Source: Dudresnaya verticillata (lineage: Eukaryota). From it: a DNA stretch of 64,000 nt. Position 1 is the stretch's first letter. Every line of letters starts with the position of its first letter. The notes under the pieces are model-generated. The model saw nothing but the letters and a program-made list of their open reading frames with translations, was not told where the DNA came from and did not search any database. The stretch covers positions 868,001 through 932,000 of the forward strand of contig OZ374561.1 of NCBI GenBank assembly GCA_977862235.1, given 5' to 3'. Both the position numbers and the translations under genes were made by a program. Below are positions 1 through 11,115 of this stretch, one piece after another.

Positions 1-2
1 GC

Positions 3-299
3 TGCTACTATGGCGAGGCGGAGCGGAGCGGCGGCGCGCTGTCGCGGAGGGAAGAGTACGCGCGGGACGTCGACGAGCTGGAGGGGCTGCTGCGCGACGA
101 GCACGCGGCGAGGCTGGACGTGGAGGAGCGCGTGGCGGTGCTGGAGGACGTGCTGGAGCGGCGCGAGCGCGAGGAGCGCGCGGCTAGCGCCGTACTCGAC
201 GCGGAGATGGCCGCGCTGAGGGCGGTGCTCGACGCGCGCGATGACGCCGCGTCGCGCCGCGCCGACGCCGTGTTTGTCGACGTTGTCGGAACGGTTTGA
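3..299 (+). CDS. 3' end of a gene truncated by the window edge; acidic coiled-coil C-terminus
   Basis: Frame 3 is open from the window start to TGA 297-299 and reads CYYGEAERSGGALSRREEYARDVDELEGLLRDEHAARLDVEERVAVLEDVLERREREERAASAVLDAEMAALRAVLDARDDAASRRADAVFVDVVGTV. Strong G/C at third positions and heptad-like Leu/Val spacing. Not in the ORF track because it lacks a start. Confidence 0.55.
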   Translation, partial: CYYGEAERSGGALSRREEYARDVDELEGLLRDEHAARLDVEERVAVLEDVLERREREERAASAVLDAEMAALRAVLDARDDAASRRADAVFVDVVGTV

Positions 300-607
300 T
301 CCGCGCATTGACGTTTTTCGCGCGTGCGCGCCGTGCAGTGCTGGCAGCACTCCGCCTCGTTGCCGCTCCTCGTCCCCTCCCCGCGCGTCCGTCCTCTTCA
401 GCAGCCCCCGCTGCATCGCGAGATGCAAATACCGCCGTGCCACCGCCGTGGTCGCAGACGTGTTGGCACTTGCACTACTGCCTCAGCACCGTTCTTACCT
501 GCTCCGATACATTCCCAACTACATAATACACCGCACCGCACCCCGTCTCGCCGCGCCCCAACCCCAACCTCACTCTTCAGTCTTCTACCCTCCCATGTCT
601 TGTCCGA

Positions 608-2341
608 GTGAAAGCAAACATGCCGTTTTCCCAATTGCCCCTGCTGCTCCTTCTCCTCACCTCCCCTGCAACCGCCTGCACAGGCCCACGCCATGACCCA
701 CAATCCGTCCAAATCTCCAAGTCGTGTCTCAAGCCGCTACGCACCAACCCCGAGCACTACGCGGTCTGCAAGACCACCATTTGCTTCCTGTTCATCCGCG
801 AGGCGCCGTTCATAATCCTGCCAGACGCCTTCACGCGCAACGCCACCCATCTCCAGCGCGCGTTCCCCTGCGCCAACCCAGGCGCGCTGCACGCGTCGCT
901 GTCAGGCGTGGCCTTCTCCATCCACAACAAGACGGCGTCTGCGCACCCGGCGCTCTGCATCTGGGCCGGGCCGGCGTCCGAGTGCACGTTCAACGGGCTA
1001 GTCGCGTTTGCCGACATGCACGCACGCCACGGCTACCAGTTTGGCGTCACGGGGCTCCTGCTGCAGATGCCCGAGCGCGAGTGCGGCATGTACCCCAGCG
1101 CGTCCGTGCTCAACGGGCAGATGATCCTGATCGGGCGGCGCGGCAGCTCGCGCGCGCGAGATGACTTTGACCAAGCGCTCGAGCAGCTTGCCGCGCCGTT
1201 TGAGCCCTTCACGTGGCTGATCTTCGTTGCCACGCTGCTGCTACTGGTTTTGACGAGCGTTTTGTTGGCGCGCAGATCGGTGGCGTGGCAGAAGCACAGG
1301 CGTCGGTGGGCTGCAGTGTTTGACAGCTTCACCGGGGCGCACAGTAGGGGTGATGAGGTGTGGGCCGGCGGCAGTAGCGCGCCTCGCTTTGCGAGGGGGG
1401 TGGTCCGTTTTGCCACGGTGGGCTGTTGGATACTTTTTCTTATGCTGTATGAGGCGGCTCTTGTCAACTTTCTGTTTCGTCAGCAGGCGTTTGCTTTGAG
1501 CAAAAGCGTTCGATCTCTGTCAGAGTCGGAATTGAAACACTACGCTGTTATCAAAAACTCTGCTTTGGAAAGAGCTTGGAAGGTAATCGGTACGCTGATG
1601 ACAGCTTTTTTCTCCCTTCTCCCGGCGTTGTGCGTCGCGTGGGACTGCAGTAGAGATATGATCGCCTAACCTTTTTCTTTTCTGAATATTCATAGTCGGT
1701 TCACGCGGAAGAAGCGATGAAGAAGCGCTGTGGCGACAGTGTGAAAGTGGGAGAGACTGTATTGATATGCTGCTTGTTCCAGAAGAAGAGAATGCAGCCG
1801 AATATGCTGTTTCGTTCGACAGTATGGGAAGGTATCTGCTCAAAGAAAAAGACAATTGCGGTATGTAGAATCGTTTGTCAAAAGACGCTGCCGTCAACTT
1901 TCCATTCTTCCTGACCATGCAACCTGACCACTGTGTTGTGTTTGCAACTGAAGACAAGCTCGCCATATTTGAAACCCGAGACGTGTTGTACGACTTTTCC
2001 GGCGGCTTTCTTTTCAACAGAGCGGTTGAGGAGAAAGCGCGATGGGCAATCAATCGGCAGATTTCTGCCTTGAGAATCGATGGAACGGTAAGCGTGACAA
2101 CACTGCTCACCCAACGCCCCCTTTTCCCTGTGGGCAAAAAGTGATCACCTGCTGACCGTCCGCAAGGTCCTCGCATCCCCCCGCCTGGCAGATAATGAGG
2201 CTGGTGGAAGAAGAGGTCGGCGGCTTTGAGTGCAACGAATCCGCCAAGTCCAGAATAGCTCCATTTATTGTGCTTGTGCCGCTCACAATATTCGTCGTAG
2301 CCCCGTTGGTGTGTGGTATCATTGCTTTGTGTTGGTATTGA
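608..2341 (+). CDS. Ionotropic glutamate receptor-like membrane protein (S1-M1-M3-S2-M4, no N-terminal ATD); 4 exons: 608-1589, 1696-1860, 1954-2087, 2192-2341
   Basis: Signal peptide (LPLLLLLLTSPATA). Pre-M1/M1 LAAPFEPFTWLIFVATLLLLVL matches the iGluR pattern FLxPFxxxxW. M3-like WILFLMLYEAALVNFL (cf. SYTANLAAFL). S2 start KSVRSL..HYAVIKNSALE. Three introns with donors GTACGC 1590, GTATGT 1861 and GTAAGC 2088, CTAAC/CTGAC branch points and AG acceptors keep the frame. The spliced product runs through INRQISALRIDGT|IMRLVEEEVGGFEC to a final TM (FIVLVPLTIFVVAPLVCGIIALCWY). Splicing is inferred by hand. Confidence 0.7.
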
Positions 2342-3494
2342 ACGCTGACTGCAGTCAACCGCTTGGGCATGATGCAACGAGCTGATCCCTGGGAGCAGGA
2401 GCTTGAGACACACCAAGGCAAAAGGATTGCGAGTTGGCGGAGCAACGGGCCGCCCATTGCCAGCGCCCTGCGCACAGCGCACAATTGCCTTGCTCCTCGC
2501 GTCAAGTCAGCAATATTACAAACAGCAGAGCTACTGCGAGCCATTGTTGCACAGTACACTGCTTTCTCAACGAAGACACGTACACTTTGCTGTATTTAAC
2601 TTGTTGCAAAACAAAACGTATATCTAACCACACTCTGCTACGGAAACACCTCGGTCGGTTAATCGACTACATAACTCAATGAGAATACATATTCTTCTTT
2701 ACACTCCCCGGATACCAAATGCTCACCAACCGAATAGAAACATGGTTCCATATGGCAATTGGAGCAACACTTATTGGGAAACAAACGATTCGACCGTAAG
2801 GCATAGTCACAGTTTGTTACATCCCAGTGCCGAAAAGTTCAGCAAAGTGTCTGGTGCTGTTGTGTCGTATTGTTTTGCACACTGAAAACCGTCCGCAACC
2901 ACCTGCAATGCAGTCCCCATGGAGTGTTCAGAGCCGGGTGCCGCAATGTAGGAGCTCATTTCTACGAGAGCCAAAGGATGCTCATGTAAGAAGAGGTACT
3001 ATCAGAATTGTGCGTCCTACAGTCGCGGGAAGATGTGACTTACTGCAACTATTGCTGTGCTCTCCTTGCATCAAACAAATAATGTTTCCCCTAACGTTTC
3101 GAGATGCAGGTAAACTGCCAATGCAACACCCCGTCGATGTCACCATACTGCGGGGAGATGAGCAACTCCGTGTTGTCGAATGACGACAAACCGGGGGAAC
3201 GACAAGCCACAAGCCATCATGTTATTTCACTCCTTCCTATAACGCCCCTTACCCCTAAGCCCCTTACCCATTATGGGCTCTGCACGGGTTGCACTGACGA
3301 TGCACAACGGGTATTTGGAACAACCTGATTGTCCCGCGCCGCCGCTCAGATCATCTCTCGTGCAAATCAAAAAACCTTGTCTCATGCCCTGCCGACGCCT
3401 CAAGTCCGTGAGAAACTCTGCGTGTTTTTAGGGCAGTGACAGGCACGCCCAGCTTCGAACTCGTCAGTGTCGCAACGCCCCGCACCCGCTTCCC

Positions 3495-3500
3495 TATAAA
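3495..3500 (+). promoter_or_regulatory. TATA box of the Cys-rich secreted protein gene
   Basis: TATAAA in GC-rich context about 90 nt upstream of ATG 3585. Confidence 0.45.
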
Positions 3501-3584
3501 GCCCGCAGCTGTAGCGTGCTCGAGCCTGCCCAGCCCAAAGCTCCTGCCCGGCCCCACACGGACACTTATTTGGTCTGCATCGCA

Positions 3585-4196
3585 ATGATTTTCCAGGCGG
3601 CCGTTCTCCTTCTCGCTCTCGTTCTCTCCGGGGTCACGGCTCAGCCCTCTTGTTCGCTAGAATACTGTGTGCGAAACGGCCAATTCGCCAAGTGTGTATT
3701 CAAGAAACGGAGAGGGAAGACGAAACTCATCCCTTGCAGGAAATGGCCACTGCGCAAGCCAAGCGTTTGTCCAAGAATCTCATGCCGTATCGCCTGTGTA
3801 CCACGCCTTCCCAAGGAAGGTATTTACTGTGGGTTTTGCGCCCGTTGTCGCATGTACCAGGCGAGCTGTGCCTCACGCTTCAGGCTGTACCAGCCACCGC
3901 CCTCGGTCTGCGCTCTTCTGTCACCGTCGCCCTCTCCAATTATGATCCCGTATTGTACGCTCAAGTACTGCTCAATGAACGGACCCAAGGCGCAGTGCAA
4001 ACTAGAGGGGAAAGTTACTCGCTGTCGGCTATGGCCAACGCTTGAAAAGGATGTTTGCTCCAAGGGTATCTGTAAGGTGCGCTGCACAATTCCAGCAAAG
4101 ACGGGACCGGTCTGCAGCGATTGTCCGGACTGCGCCTTCTTCAAACCCAGCTGTCATTCCAAATTCAGGTTGTACCGCGCCAGTGATTGCCCTTAG
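3585..4196 (+). CDS. Secreted cysteine-rich protein with two tandem ~85-aa repeats (Kazal-like C-terminal half)
   Basis: Signal peptide MIFQAAVLLLALVLSGVTA|Q. Repeat 1: CSLEYCVRNG..KC..CRKWP..VC..SC..AC..YCGFCARC..ASCASRFRLY. Repeat 2: CTLKYCSMNG..QC..CRLWP..VC..IC..RC..VCSDCPDC..PSCHSKFRLY. SPSPSP linker between them. Confidence 0.8.
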   Translation: MIFQAAVLLLALVLSGVTAQPSCSLEYCVRNGQFAKCVFKKRRGKTKLIPCRKWPLRKPSVCPRISCRIACVPRLPKEGIYCGFCARCRMYQASCASRFRLYQPPPSVCALLSPSPSPIMIPYCTLKYCSMNGPKAQCKLEGKVTRCRLWPTLEKDVCSKGICKVRCTIPAKTGPVCSDCPDCAFFKPSCHSKFRLYRASDCP

Positions 4197-5378
4197 ATAT
4201 GTCTCATGTGACACAGCATTAACAGTAGCTAGTACTATACAAGAATATTATCTGAGCAAGTGATGTATCTCCATCGAACCAGCCAGCAAACCCATCAACT
4301 GGACTGAACAACTAGATGATCAGCCAATTCTCTGCCGAACACGTGCGCAGCAAACCTGTCACAGCATTTGACTCCTAAGATGCTACTGCATTCAAAGCTG
4401 CGGAATAAATATAGCAGTCGCAATCGCACGTTATTGATCTTGATCTTCAATGCCTATGCCTGCCCTGGTCCTCATGCAGGTACAATATTACTAGGCTTCG
4501 CCATGCGTTCTCCATTCAGTCTCACTCCCATCATATTTGGAACACCTTCAAGCTTAGTGCATGTACCATGACAAGGTTCTCATACTAGCAGCGACATGTT
4601 CGCCTTTTGAGAGTCTCTCGCGGTAGTAAAACTGTGTCTCGCAGTCAAGATTTCGCATGGACTTCAAGTAGAACACTCTGCAGACTTTAAAATGGATTGA
4701 ACGCATATGGCCCACTCCTTCCTAGCGCTAGGCACAAATCTGGACCATGCTAGCTGGGAAGTTGTGTCTTTGGACTGCATGTGATGTCACCTTCTGAATC
4801 CCAACCCAAGAGGATGTCTGCAGAGCGTTGATAATGAGCCCCTATGAAGATGGTTTAATGAGATGCATCGGCCAAGACAGGTCGAGGCATTTAAAAAGGA
4901 GATCGTGACGTCCTCTTGGGACATGCCAAGATGCATATATAGGCTTGTCCATCGCTTAGCAGCATACATTGTTGGATGTAATGAGGGCGAGCCTCCAAAA
5001 GTAGGAACGATACCTGCACCTTTCGAGGCCGGCCTGTGGATTAGGTGTAATGTTGGTATGGAGCTGCTGCGTACGTGGTCACAGAAAACAAAAGCAGGGA
5101 AAAGATCATAAAGAGAATTCCGACACTCGCATTAGATTTGGGAGTCTAATGATCTCGGTGCCGATGGAAGCCGTGAACATACAAGCATACGTTGACGTCA
5201 GCACCAGAGCATGAAATGCCTTCAATCATGCCTGATGGGCCTCGCTTCGAAGGGAGCAGGGCTGGAGGCGGAGTTCAAGCTATGCTACGTTCGGTATGCG
5301 GATAGGAAGGAAAATTCATCAGGTTTGCACCCTTTGCCGAAAGGCTCCTGCAGCCCGAGCTCGTTCGGGTGCTTATGC

Positions 5379-7097
5379 TCACAACGGTGGTGCCCAGCTA
5401 GCTAGGTATTCCGCATCACTCTTCTTCACAGAAACGTGAGACTCTTGGAAAGCCCTCTGTAAGTCACATTCTTCTATCTTCGATTCGCGACAAACTGCGG
5501 ACATTGCCGCCCGACGGCACGCCCCAGCCACATCAGCACCGGAAAACCCATCTGCACGTGTTCCTGCAAGTAGGTCTAGCAAAAACTTTCGCGTATCTTC
5601 GCCGAGATGCATCTTGTCTGCATAAACTTTCCCAATTTCTTCTCTCTCTGCTCCATTCGGTAATGGTACATGGACGCAATGTTCGAAACGACCAGGACGT
5701 AACAGGACCTTTGAAATCGCCCATGGCCGGTTTGTTACACCAATAACGACCACGTCATCTTCAATGCTATCCAGTAGTAGGCCAAGTGCTGAGACCAATC
5801 TTGTCAGGTGGGAAGACCCGCTTCTACCAGACGCGAAAAGTGCATCAATCTCATCCATGAACAGGATGCTGGGTCTTATCTCTCTTGCTTTGCGAAACGT
5901 CTTTGATAGAAGCTTTTCGGAGGCACCAACCTCTCCACGGGCTATCCTGGCAGCATCGACGAAAACCATTGTTAATTCAGCAGCAGCGGCGGCCTTGCGC
6001 ACGAGGGAAGTCTTACCCGTGCCTGGACAACCGTAAAGAAGGATACCAGAGCTTGGTTTGACACCAAGCTTCGCGAAAGTCTCGTATCTGGTCTGCCGCC
6101 ACAATAGCATTGTCTTCAAAACTCTTTGCGGCTCCCTTAGGCCACCCAATTGCCCCGATATTTCGTCCCACTGACTGACAAGTCGGTTCCGCCGCGCGCC
6201 ATGCGATTCATGAGCAGCCTTGTTATGCGTTAACATGCTCATATGTGTAGATGAGTTGTCGACTGGAACTACTTGCCGTTTCGTGACTTCATCCGTCGTT
6301 TCTTCTTCTTGAACAGGCAATACGAGATCAACAGCTTCGCGAACAGTTGGATGCACAGCTCCGGCGTCAGGGGAACAGGACACTGCAATCATTACGCCCT
6401 CCTCTGCAGGAAGTTCCTGAGTAGCAAGGATGAATGCTGCTGCAGCTTCTTCATCAACCTGCGGGAAGAGAAACTGTGCATCAGCGAACAGAAGAACAGC
6501 TGGCTTGCAAGCCCGCGCAGCGAGGACATGAGCTCGCAGCGATGCAAGAAGTCCATCGCGTGTTGCTGATGTACGGAGCACGGCGGTTGCCGGAAGGTAC
6601 AGAAGTTTAGAATTGGCAGCCCAAGCGTGCCTGGCAATGATCCGGGCAATGTCAACGACATATGCGGCCGGCAGCAGCAGGGCTTTCGGGGTGCGCAATC
6701 CCGTGCGCGCAAGCAGCTTGGCATTACTGGATGGTCTCAAACACAGGTTGAAGAGGTGCCCAAGACCATGATCATTGACTGCTGCGGAGTGTGGGACAAG
6801 CCCAGCAGGCCTCAGCCGCGGTGGTAGTGGCGGCAGTACGAAGCAATTTGTACCGGGTGCACCAATCATTCCTACGAGCGGATGAGATGTCGGGCATGTT
6901 GCGATTACCTCGAGAGTAACTTTGCCGCAACTGAAGAGCTCCACAGCGAAGCTGATGCCTGGTGGCGGAACGGGGTTGTCAATGAAATGGTCGCGCAGAA
7001 ATGTGCGACTCAATAGAGTCCAGCTGTGGCGCGAGGACCATTCCAGACGAAAGACCACCGTTTCTGCGACGATCGGCCCCGGGGGCTCAGCAACCAT
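5379..7097 (-). CDS. CDC48/AFG2 (SPATA5-like) family AAA+ ATPase with degenerate D1 and intact D2
   Basis: D2 has Walker A GCPGTGKT, Walker B ILFMDEID, second region of homology VTNRPWAISKVLLRPGRFE and lid GFSGADVAGAC. D1 remnant KPAVLLFADAQFLFP has no Walker A. 572 aa, intronless. Confidence 0.9.
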   Translation of the reverse strand: MVAEPPGPIVAETVVFRLEWSSRHSWTLLSRTFLRDHFIDNPVPPPGISFAVELFSCGKVTLEVIATCPTSHPLVGMIGAPGTNCFVLPPLPPRLRPAGLVPHSAAVNDHGLGHLFNLCLRPSSNAKLLARTGLRTPKALLLPAAYVVDIARIIARHAWAANSKLLYLPATAVLRTSATRDGLLASLRAHVLAARACKPAVLLFADAQFLFPQVDEEAAAAFILATQELPAEEGVMIAVSCSPDAGAVHPTVREAVDLVLPVQEEETTDEVTKRQVVPVDNSSTHMSMLTHNKAAHESHGARRNRLVSQWDEISGQLGGLREPQRVLKTMLLWRQTRYETFAKLGVKPSSGILLYGCPGTGKTSLVRKAAAAAELTMVFVDAARIARGEVGASEKLLSKTFRKAREIRPSILFMDEIDALFASGRSGSSHLTRLVSALGLLLDSIEDDVVVIGVTNRPWAISKVLLRPGRFEHCVHVPLPNGAEREEIGKVYADKMHLGEDTRKFLLDLLAGTRADGFSGADVAGACRRAAMSAVCRESKIEECDLQRAFQESHVSVKKSDAEYLASWAPPL

Positions 7098-7734
7098 GAT
7101 TGTCTGTGCCGATGGCTACATTGCGGGATGTCGTCAGGAACGACTCGAAGTGGTTGCTGACCGCAGATGCTACCCCCGGCCGACGCAGATAAAGGCAGTT
7201 TCTTCAGTTGGGATCCAGGGATCACCACGACAAATTTTATTCAAGTTTTTAACCTGCGCTGCACTCTCGTGGTGTCAACTTGTTCCCCTTAAATGCATAG
7301 ATGCTATGGCTCGCGGAAGTCCCAACAGCAGTTTTCTCATCTCTTTGCTCCATCTTTTACCCTCTGAAAGGTTATTGATCCGCGTCAAAGAGTATCCCCA
7401 TTCTATCCACCTCGTCGCGAACTCAGCCTTCAAATTACTGCACGAGGCATATTTGACATTGGGAACAGTACTCTCGCCAATGACGAAGCCCTAGATTGGT
7501 AAGGTGTGGCCACGAAGAAGTACCAGTGCTGGGCATTCATACACGTTTTAATCCCAGCTTTACTGCTGCTTCATTTCCCAGCCTTGAACACAACCAACAT
7601 GATCCTTCACAGAGCGTAGTTGTCTTTCTTAACTCGAAGACAATCGTGTTGTTCAATGCCTTCATAATGGCAATCAGAATACCTGTTCCAAGCTCGTTCA
7701 CGAATAACACTCCAAAAGATAGGACGGCCTTCAG

Positions 7735-10056
7735 TCAGAACCGCTCCTTGCTCATCATCGCTACTTGCTCTTCGCTCAGCAGCGCTGAGTCCATATCTCC
7801 TTCGCCTGGTGGTTGAGCCATTGTTCGCACATACATTCGAGTTACACTGAGAGCAGCCTGCGTGTCCAGGTCCACCTGAGATGGAGGCATCATTTCAAGG
7901 ATCCATTTTGGCAATTTGTTTTTCTTGTCTGCTCTGGCATATCGCTTGTCCGCGAACACCACGACTCCGTAGTCGTTCTTGTTCCTAATGACGCGCCCCG
8001 CGCACTGCGCTGTTTGCCTCATAGCGTCAAATGAGAGGTAGTCTCCTTCCCGGATTTCCAAGGCGCTCCTCATGTATTCAAGGCGAGCCCTCAACACTCG
8101 ACTCTCCGTATACTGGAAAGGTACACCAATTACCAACACAGCCCTACCGTAATGGCGATCAAAATCGATACCTTCCGCCACTTTGCCTCGAGCCACACAC
8201 AAAAAAACTGCCCCTCGTCCAGCATCACATGCTTTCCGATACCTGTCTAATGCGAGAGCAGACTCGACAGTATCTGGAGTTTCAATGAACACGAGTTTCT
8301 TTTCGAACAACCGGTTGATAATGCCCATTTCATGCCACATTGATATCATCTGCTCCATGTAGACATATGACGTAAAGAACGTTACCATTCCATCCGGTAC
8401 AACGCCTGCCAATTCAACCGCGAGATTCCCATAGTTGCGAACTACGGACACATCAGATCGACAATCGTACTTTGAACTGATGGCCACTTGGTCCGGACCT
8501 CTTGATACTACAAGCGGACAAATAGCCTGTCGCTGCATGGACATTGATAACGACCTCATGACGATTGGGGTAAAGCCTAGAATCTTGGCGTACAAAGGAA
8601 GAGGTGATATCGTGCCTGACGTTAGAACAACGCTGCGAAACTTTCGAAACACCGGCTTCATACACAGTGAGGCATCCAGGCACGCAAGCTGGAGAACGGG
8701 GTCCGGTATGTTCGGAAGTCGCTCATCCACTGGCTCGAAGATGATCCCAAAGCTCTTCGTATGACCGTAAGTTCCTAGCAGAGTTGCAAAATCTGCGACG
8801 AGCTGCAGTGGAGTGAACTCCGCAACTTCAGCAATCTCCAAGGTTTGTAGCAGTGATTTTAGACGATCGCTGCAAAACCTTAAAGTTCGAACATCTTCTT
8901 GAAGGTCAATCCTCAGGTCGTGCAAGAATTTTGCAGGATGCTCTTGCTTCGAGTCTCGTCCCCTCATTTTCTTGTCTCGCAGACATTGTACCAACCGCCT
9001 TAAGAAGTTTATGTAGTGCTCGGCCTTTCGTATGTTTCCGGGGATGGTCTCCTCAATGACATCCTCTGGAATGTTCGGGTTTGCAAGCATCGAATCCCCA
9101 GTGCTCATTTCGGGCAAGATTCCATTTGTGGACATCCCGCGAAGGAGACGTTGATACTCCTTCTGCAACCGAGTTTTATCATTGTTCCGCATAGTCTCTA
9201 CGCTGCTACGCAGACGCGCGATGTTCCCCAAGCTTTTCCGCAATGTTACTTCCCGCAAGTTGACACTGAGCGCATCAATGCAGATGTTGTCGATGTTATG
9301 TGCCTCGTCGAACACAACGATACTTTCCTTGGCGAGTCCTTTCGAAATCAGGCCCGCAATCTTCGGGTCCAGTAAGTACTGATAGTTGTACACAATAACG
9401 TTAGCAAAGCTGAGGCAATGGCGCGCAGTATAGTACGGACACCACTTTTTCTCCCGGCCGAACTGCATCAAATCCTCCAATGTATACACACCAGCCGGGA
9501 TTATTGAGTTGACTCCTTCTCGCTCGTGACCTTCAAAATATTCACAAAGGTTCTGATCCCCATCGCTACCACGCGCTTGCGGCCCCTCAATATCCATGGC
9601 GGAGGACCTTACCCAAGACGCAGTCAGCGAACGGCATGCAGCATCAGCTTCCGCACGGTTTTCTGTAGCAGAAACAATCGGATGCAGGCAAAGATTGCGG
9701 CGTGTTGTCAGTCCAAGTGCAAGCATTCTAGGCATGGCCTTCGCCTCTTCGGGGTGATCCTCGGCAAACGACTGATCGCGATACTTTGAGACAACCTGCA
9801 ACTCTTCCAAAACCTTTTCCATCTCCCCCACCGTACGTGTACAGTATATGAGCTTAGCCATCTCGGGACGCTGCAGATGATACGAGGTTATGAAAGATAG
9901 CAACGTTACGGTCTTCCCCGTACCCGTGGGCATTTCCAAGATGGAATGTCCGCCTGCGTCCAGCGTCTTCTTCAATTCGCACATGTACTCATACTGCTCT
10001 GGGTACACCCGTGGATACGGGAAGTACACGCAGAGCCCGTCAATATAGATTCTCAT
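7735..10056 (-). CDS. XPD: TFIIH 5'-3' DNA helicase XPD (ERCC2/RAD3/UVH6)
   Basis: Starts MRIYIDGLCVYFPYPRVYPEQYEYM. Motif I EMPTGTGKT, Fe-S cluster cysteines (NLCLHP, ACRSLTASW, LCEYFE, WCPYY), motif II VFDEAHNIDN, TSGTISPL, VARGKVAEGIDFDRHYGR, QCAGRVIRNKNDYG. The first in-frame ATG is at 10056. Confidence 0.97.
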   Translation of the reverse strand: MRIYIDGLCVYFPYPRVYPEQYEYMCELKKTLDAGGHSILEMPTGTGKTVTLLSFITSYHLQRPEMAKLIYCTRTVGEMEKVLEELQVVSKYRDQSFAEDHPEEAKAMPRMLALGLTTRRNLCLHPIVSATENRAEADAACRSLTASWVRSSAMDIEGPQARGSDGDQNLCEYFEGHEREGVNSIIPAGVYTLEDLMQFGREKKWCPYYTARHCLSFANVIVYNYQYLLDPKIAGLISKGLAKESIVVFDEAHNIDNICIDALSVNLREVTLRKSLGNIARLRSSVETMRNNDKTRLQKEYQRLLRGMSTNGILPEMSTGDSMLANPNIPEDVIEETIPGNIRKAEHYINFLRRLVQCLRDKKMRGRDSKQEHPAKFLHDLRIDLQEDVRTLRFCSDRLKSLLQTLEIAEVAEFTPLQLVADFATLLGTYGHTKSFGIIFEPVDERLPNIPDPVLQLACLDASLCMKPVFRKFRSVVLTSGTISPLPLYAKILGFTPIVMRSLSMSMQRQAICPLVVSRGPDQVAISSKYDCRSDVSVVRNYGNLAVELAGVVPDGMVTFFTSYVYMEQMISMWHEMGIINRLFEKKLVFIETPDTVESALALDRYRKACDAGRGAVFLCVARGKVAEGIDFDRHYGRAVLVIGVPFQYTESRVLRARLEYMRSALEIREGDYLSFDAMRQTAQCAGRVIRNKNDYGVVVFADKRYARADKKNKLPKWILEMMPPSQVDLDTQAALSVTRMYVRTMAQPPGEGDMDSALLSEEQVAMMSKERF

Positions 10057-11115
10057 CCGGACAAGTTGTGGCGTACTCGGCGAAAGCAATCCGTGCGTCC
10101 GCGCTGAAGAGCACCTGCCGTGATATCAACCTTTGCAGCGTCTGCTTACGGAGAAATCAGTGCTAGGAAGAAACGGTTCGGGGGGAATTCGCCTCTAAGC
10201 GACCTAAGCCACGAGGCAAACCTGAAGCAGACCAGATTTGAGAGATCATAGAACAGTATCCTGAAGTCTCATCGCCGGGCTGAGACAGCCCTAGATCGAA
10301 CCACAACGATAACCGTTTGTGCAGAGCGGCGAACGGGCAGCGGCGCGCCTCTAAAGCCCTGAGGAGGCTGTGAGCGCTGGAGCAAATACTTGCAAGAAGC
10401 CAAGAGACGCCAACTTGTAGATCTTCGCTGCACAAAATAGCTGTTCCAAGTGAGATTCAGGGCGAAGACAAGGACTGGATGCTGCGCGGAGAAGACAAGC
10501 TTCTCGGACTAGGTAACCAGAAGGGCTTCGATCTTACTTGAAGACTGTGTTGGTGAAGCGGAACGGGCGGCTCCTGGCTCTTGGCGAGGGGTGGATCAAC
10601 GCAATTATGGGGCTCTCGCAAGAGGAGATGTCGTAGCCGACCGTGACCCGTCGTTCAAGAAATTTTGCAGGAATTTTGATCCCATTCGACGGCGGAAACT
10701 GCCTCAGGAAGCAGGCCCAGCGCAGCCAGCGCAGAGCACATCAGTCATGACTCATCACCGTTGCGGGTAAAAAGTGCGCAGTCTCTCAAGTTAACGTTCA
10801 CCCCCGACACAGTTTGGGCTCGATACTAGATTTTCGCAAGCAATATGCTATTCTAACACATGCTGAGACTTTACTTAGCGAGACGTGCATGCCGTTAAGA
10901 AAACAACAAGCCAGTGTTGGTGGACCCGTCCAGAGTGATAATAATGCTGCAGCAGAACCATGCAGACAATATCACTTGCGCAACTTCATCTTCCAGCACA
11001 CGTTGCTTGACCTTCACCTTTTTCCTTACCACTCGTGACAGGTCTCCTCCTTGCTCCGCACGTGGGGGTGTGCAGCGGACGTCCTCTTACTCAAAAACGA
11101 AGTGCAACTGGACAT

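Noticed and set aside
1520..2482. 320-aa minus-strand ORF
   Set aside because: Antisense to the spliced receptor gene, with no recognisable motifs.
10057..10089. N-terminal extension of XPD in the ORF track
   Set aside because: It begins at a non-ATG codon; family similarity starts at ATG 10056.
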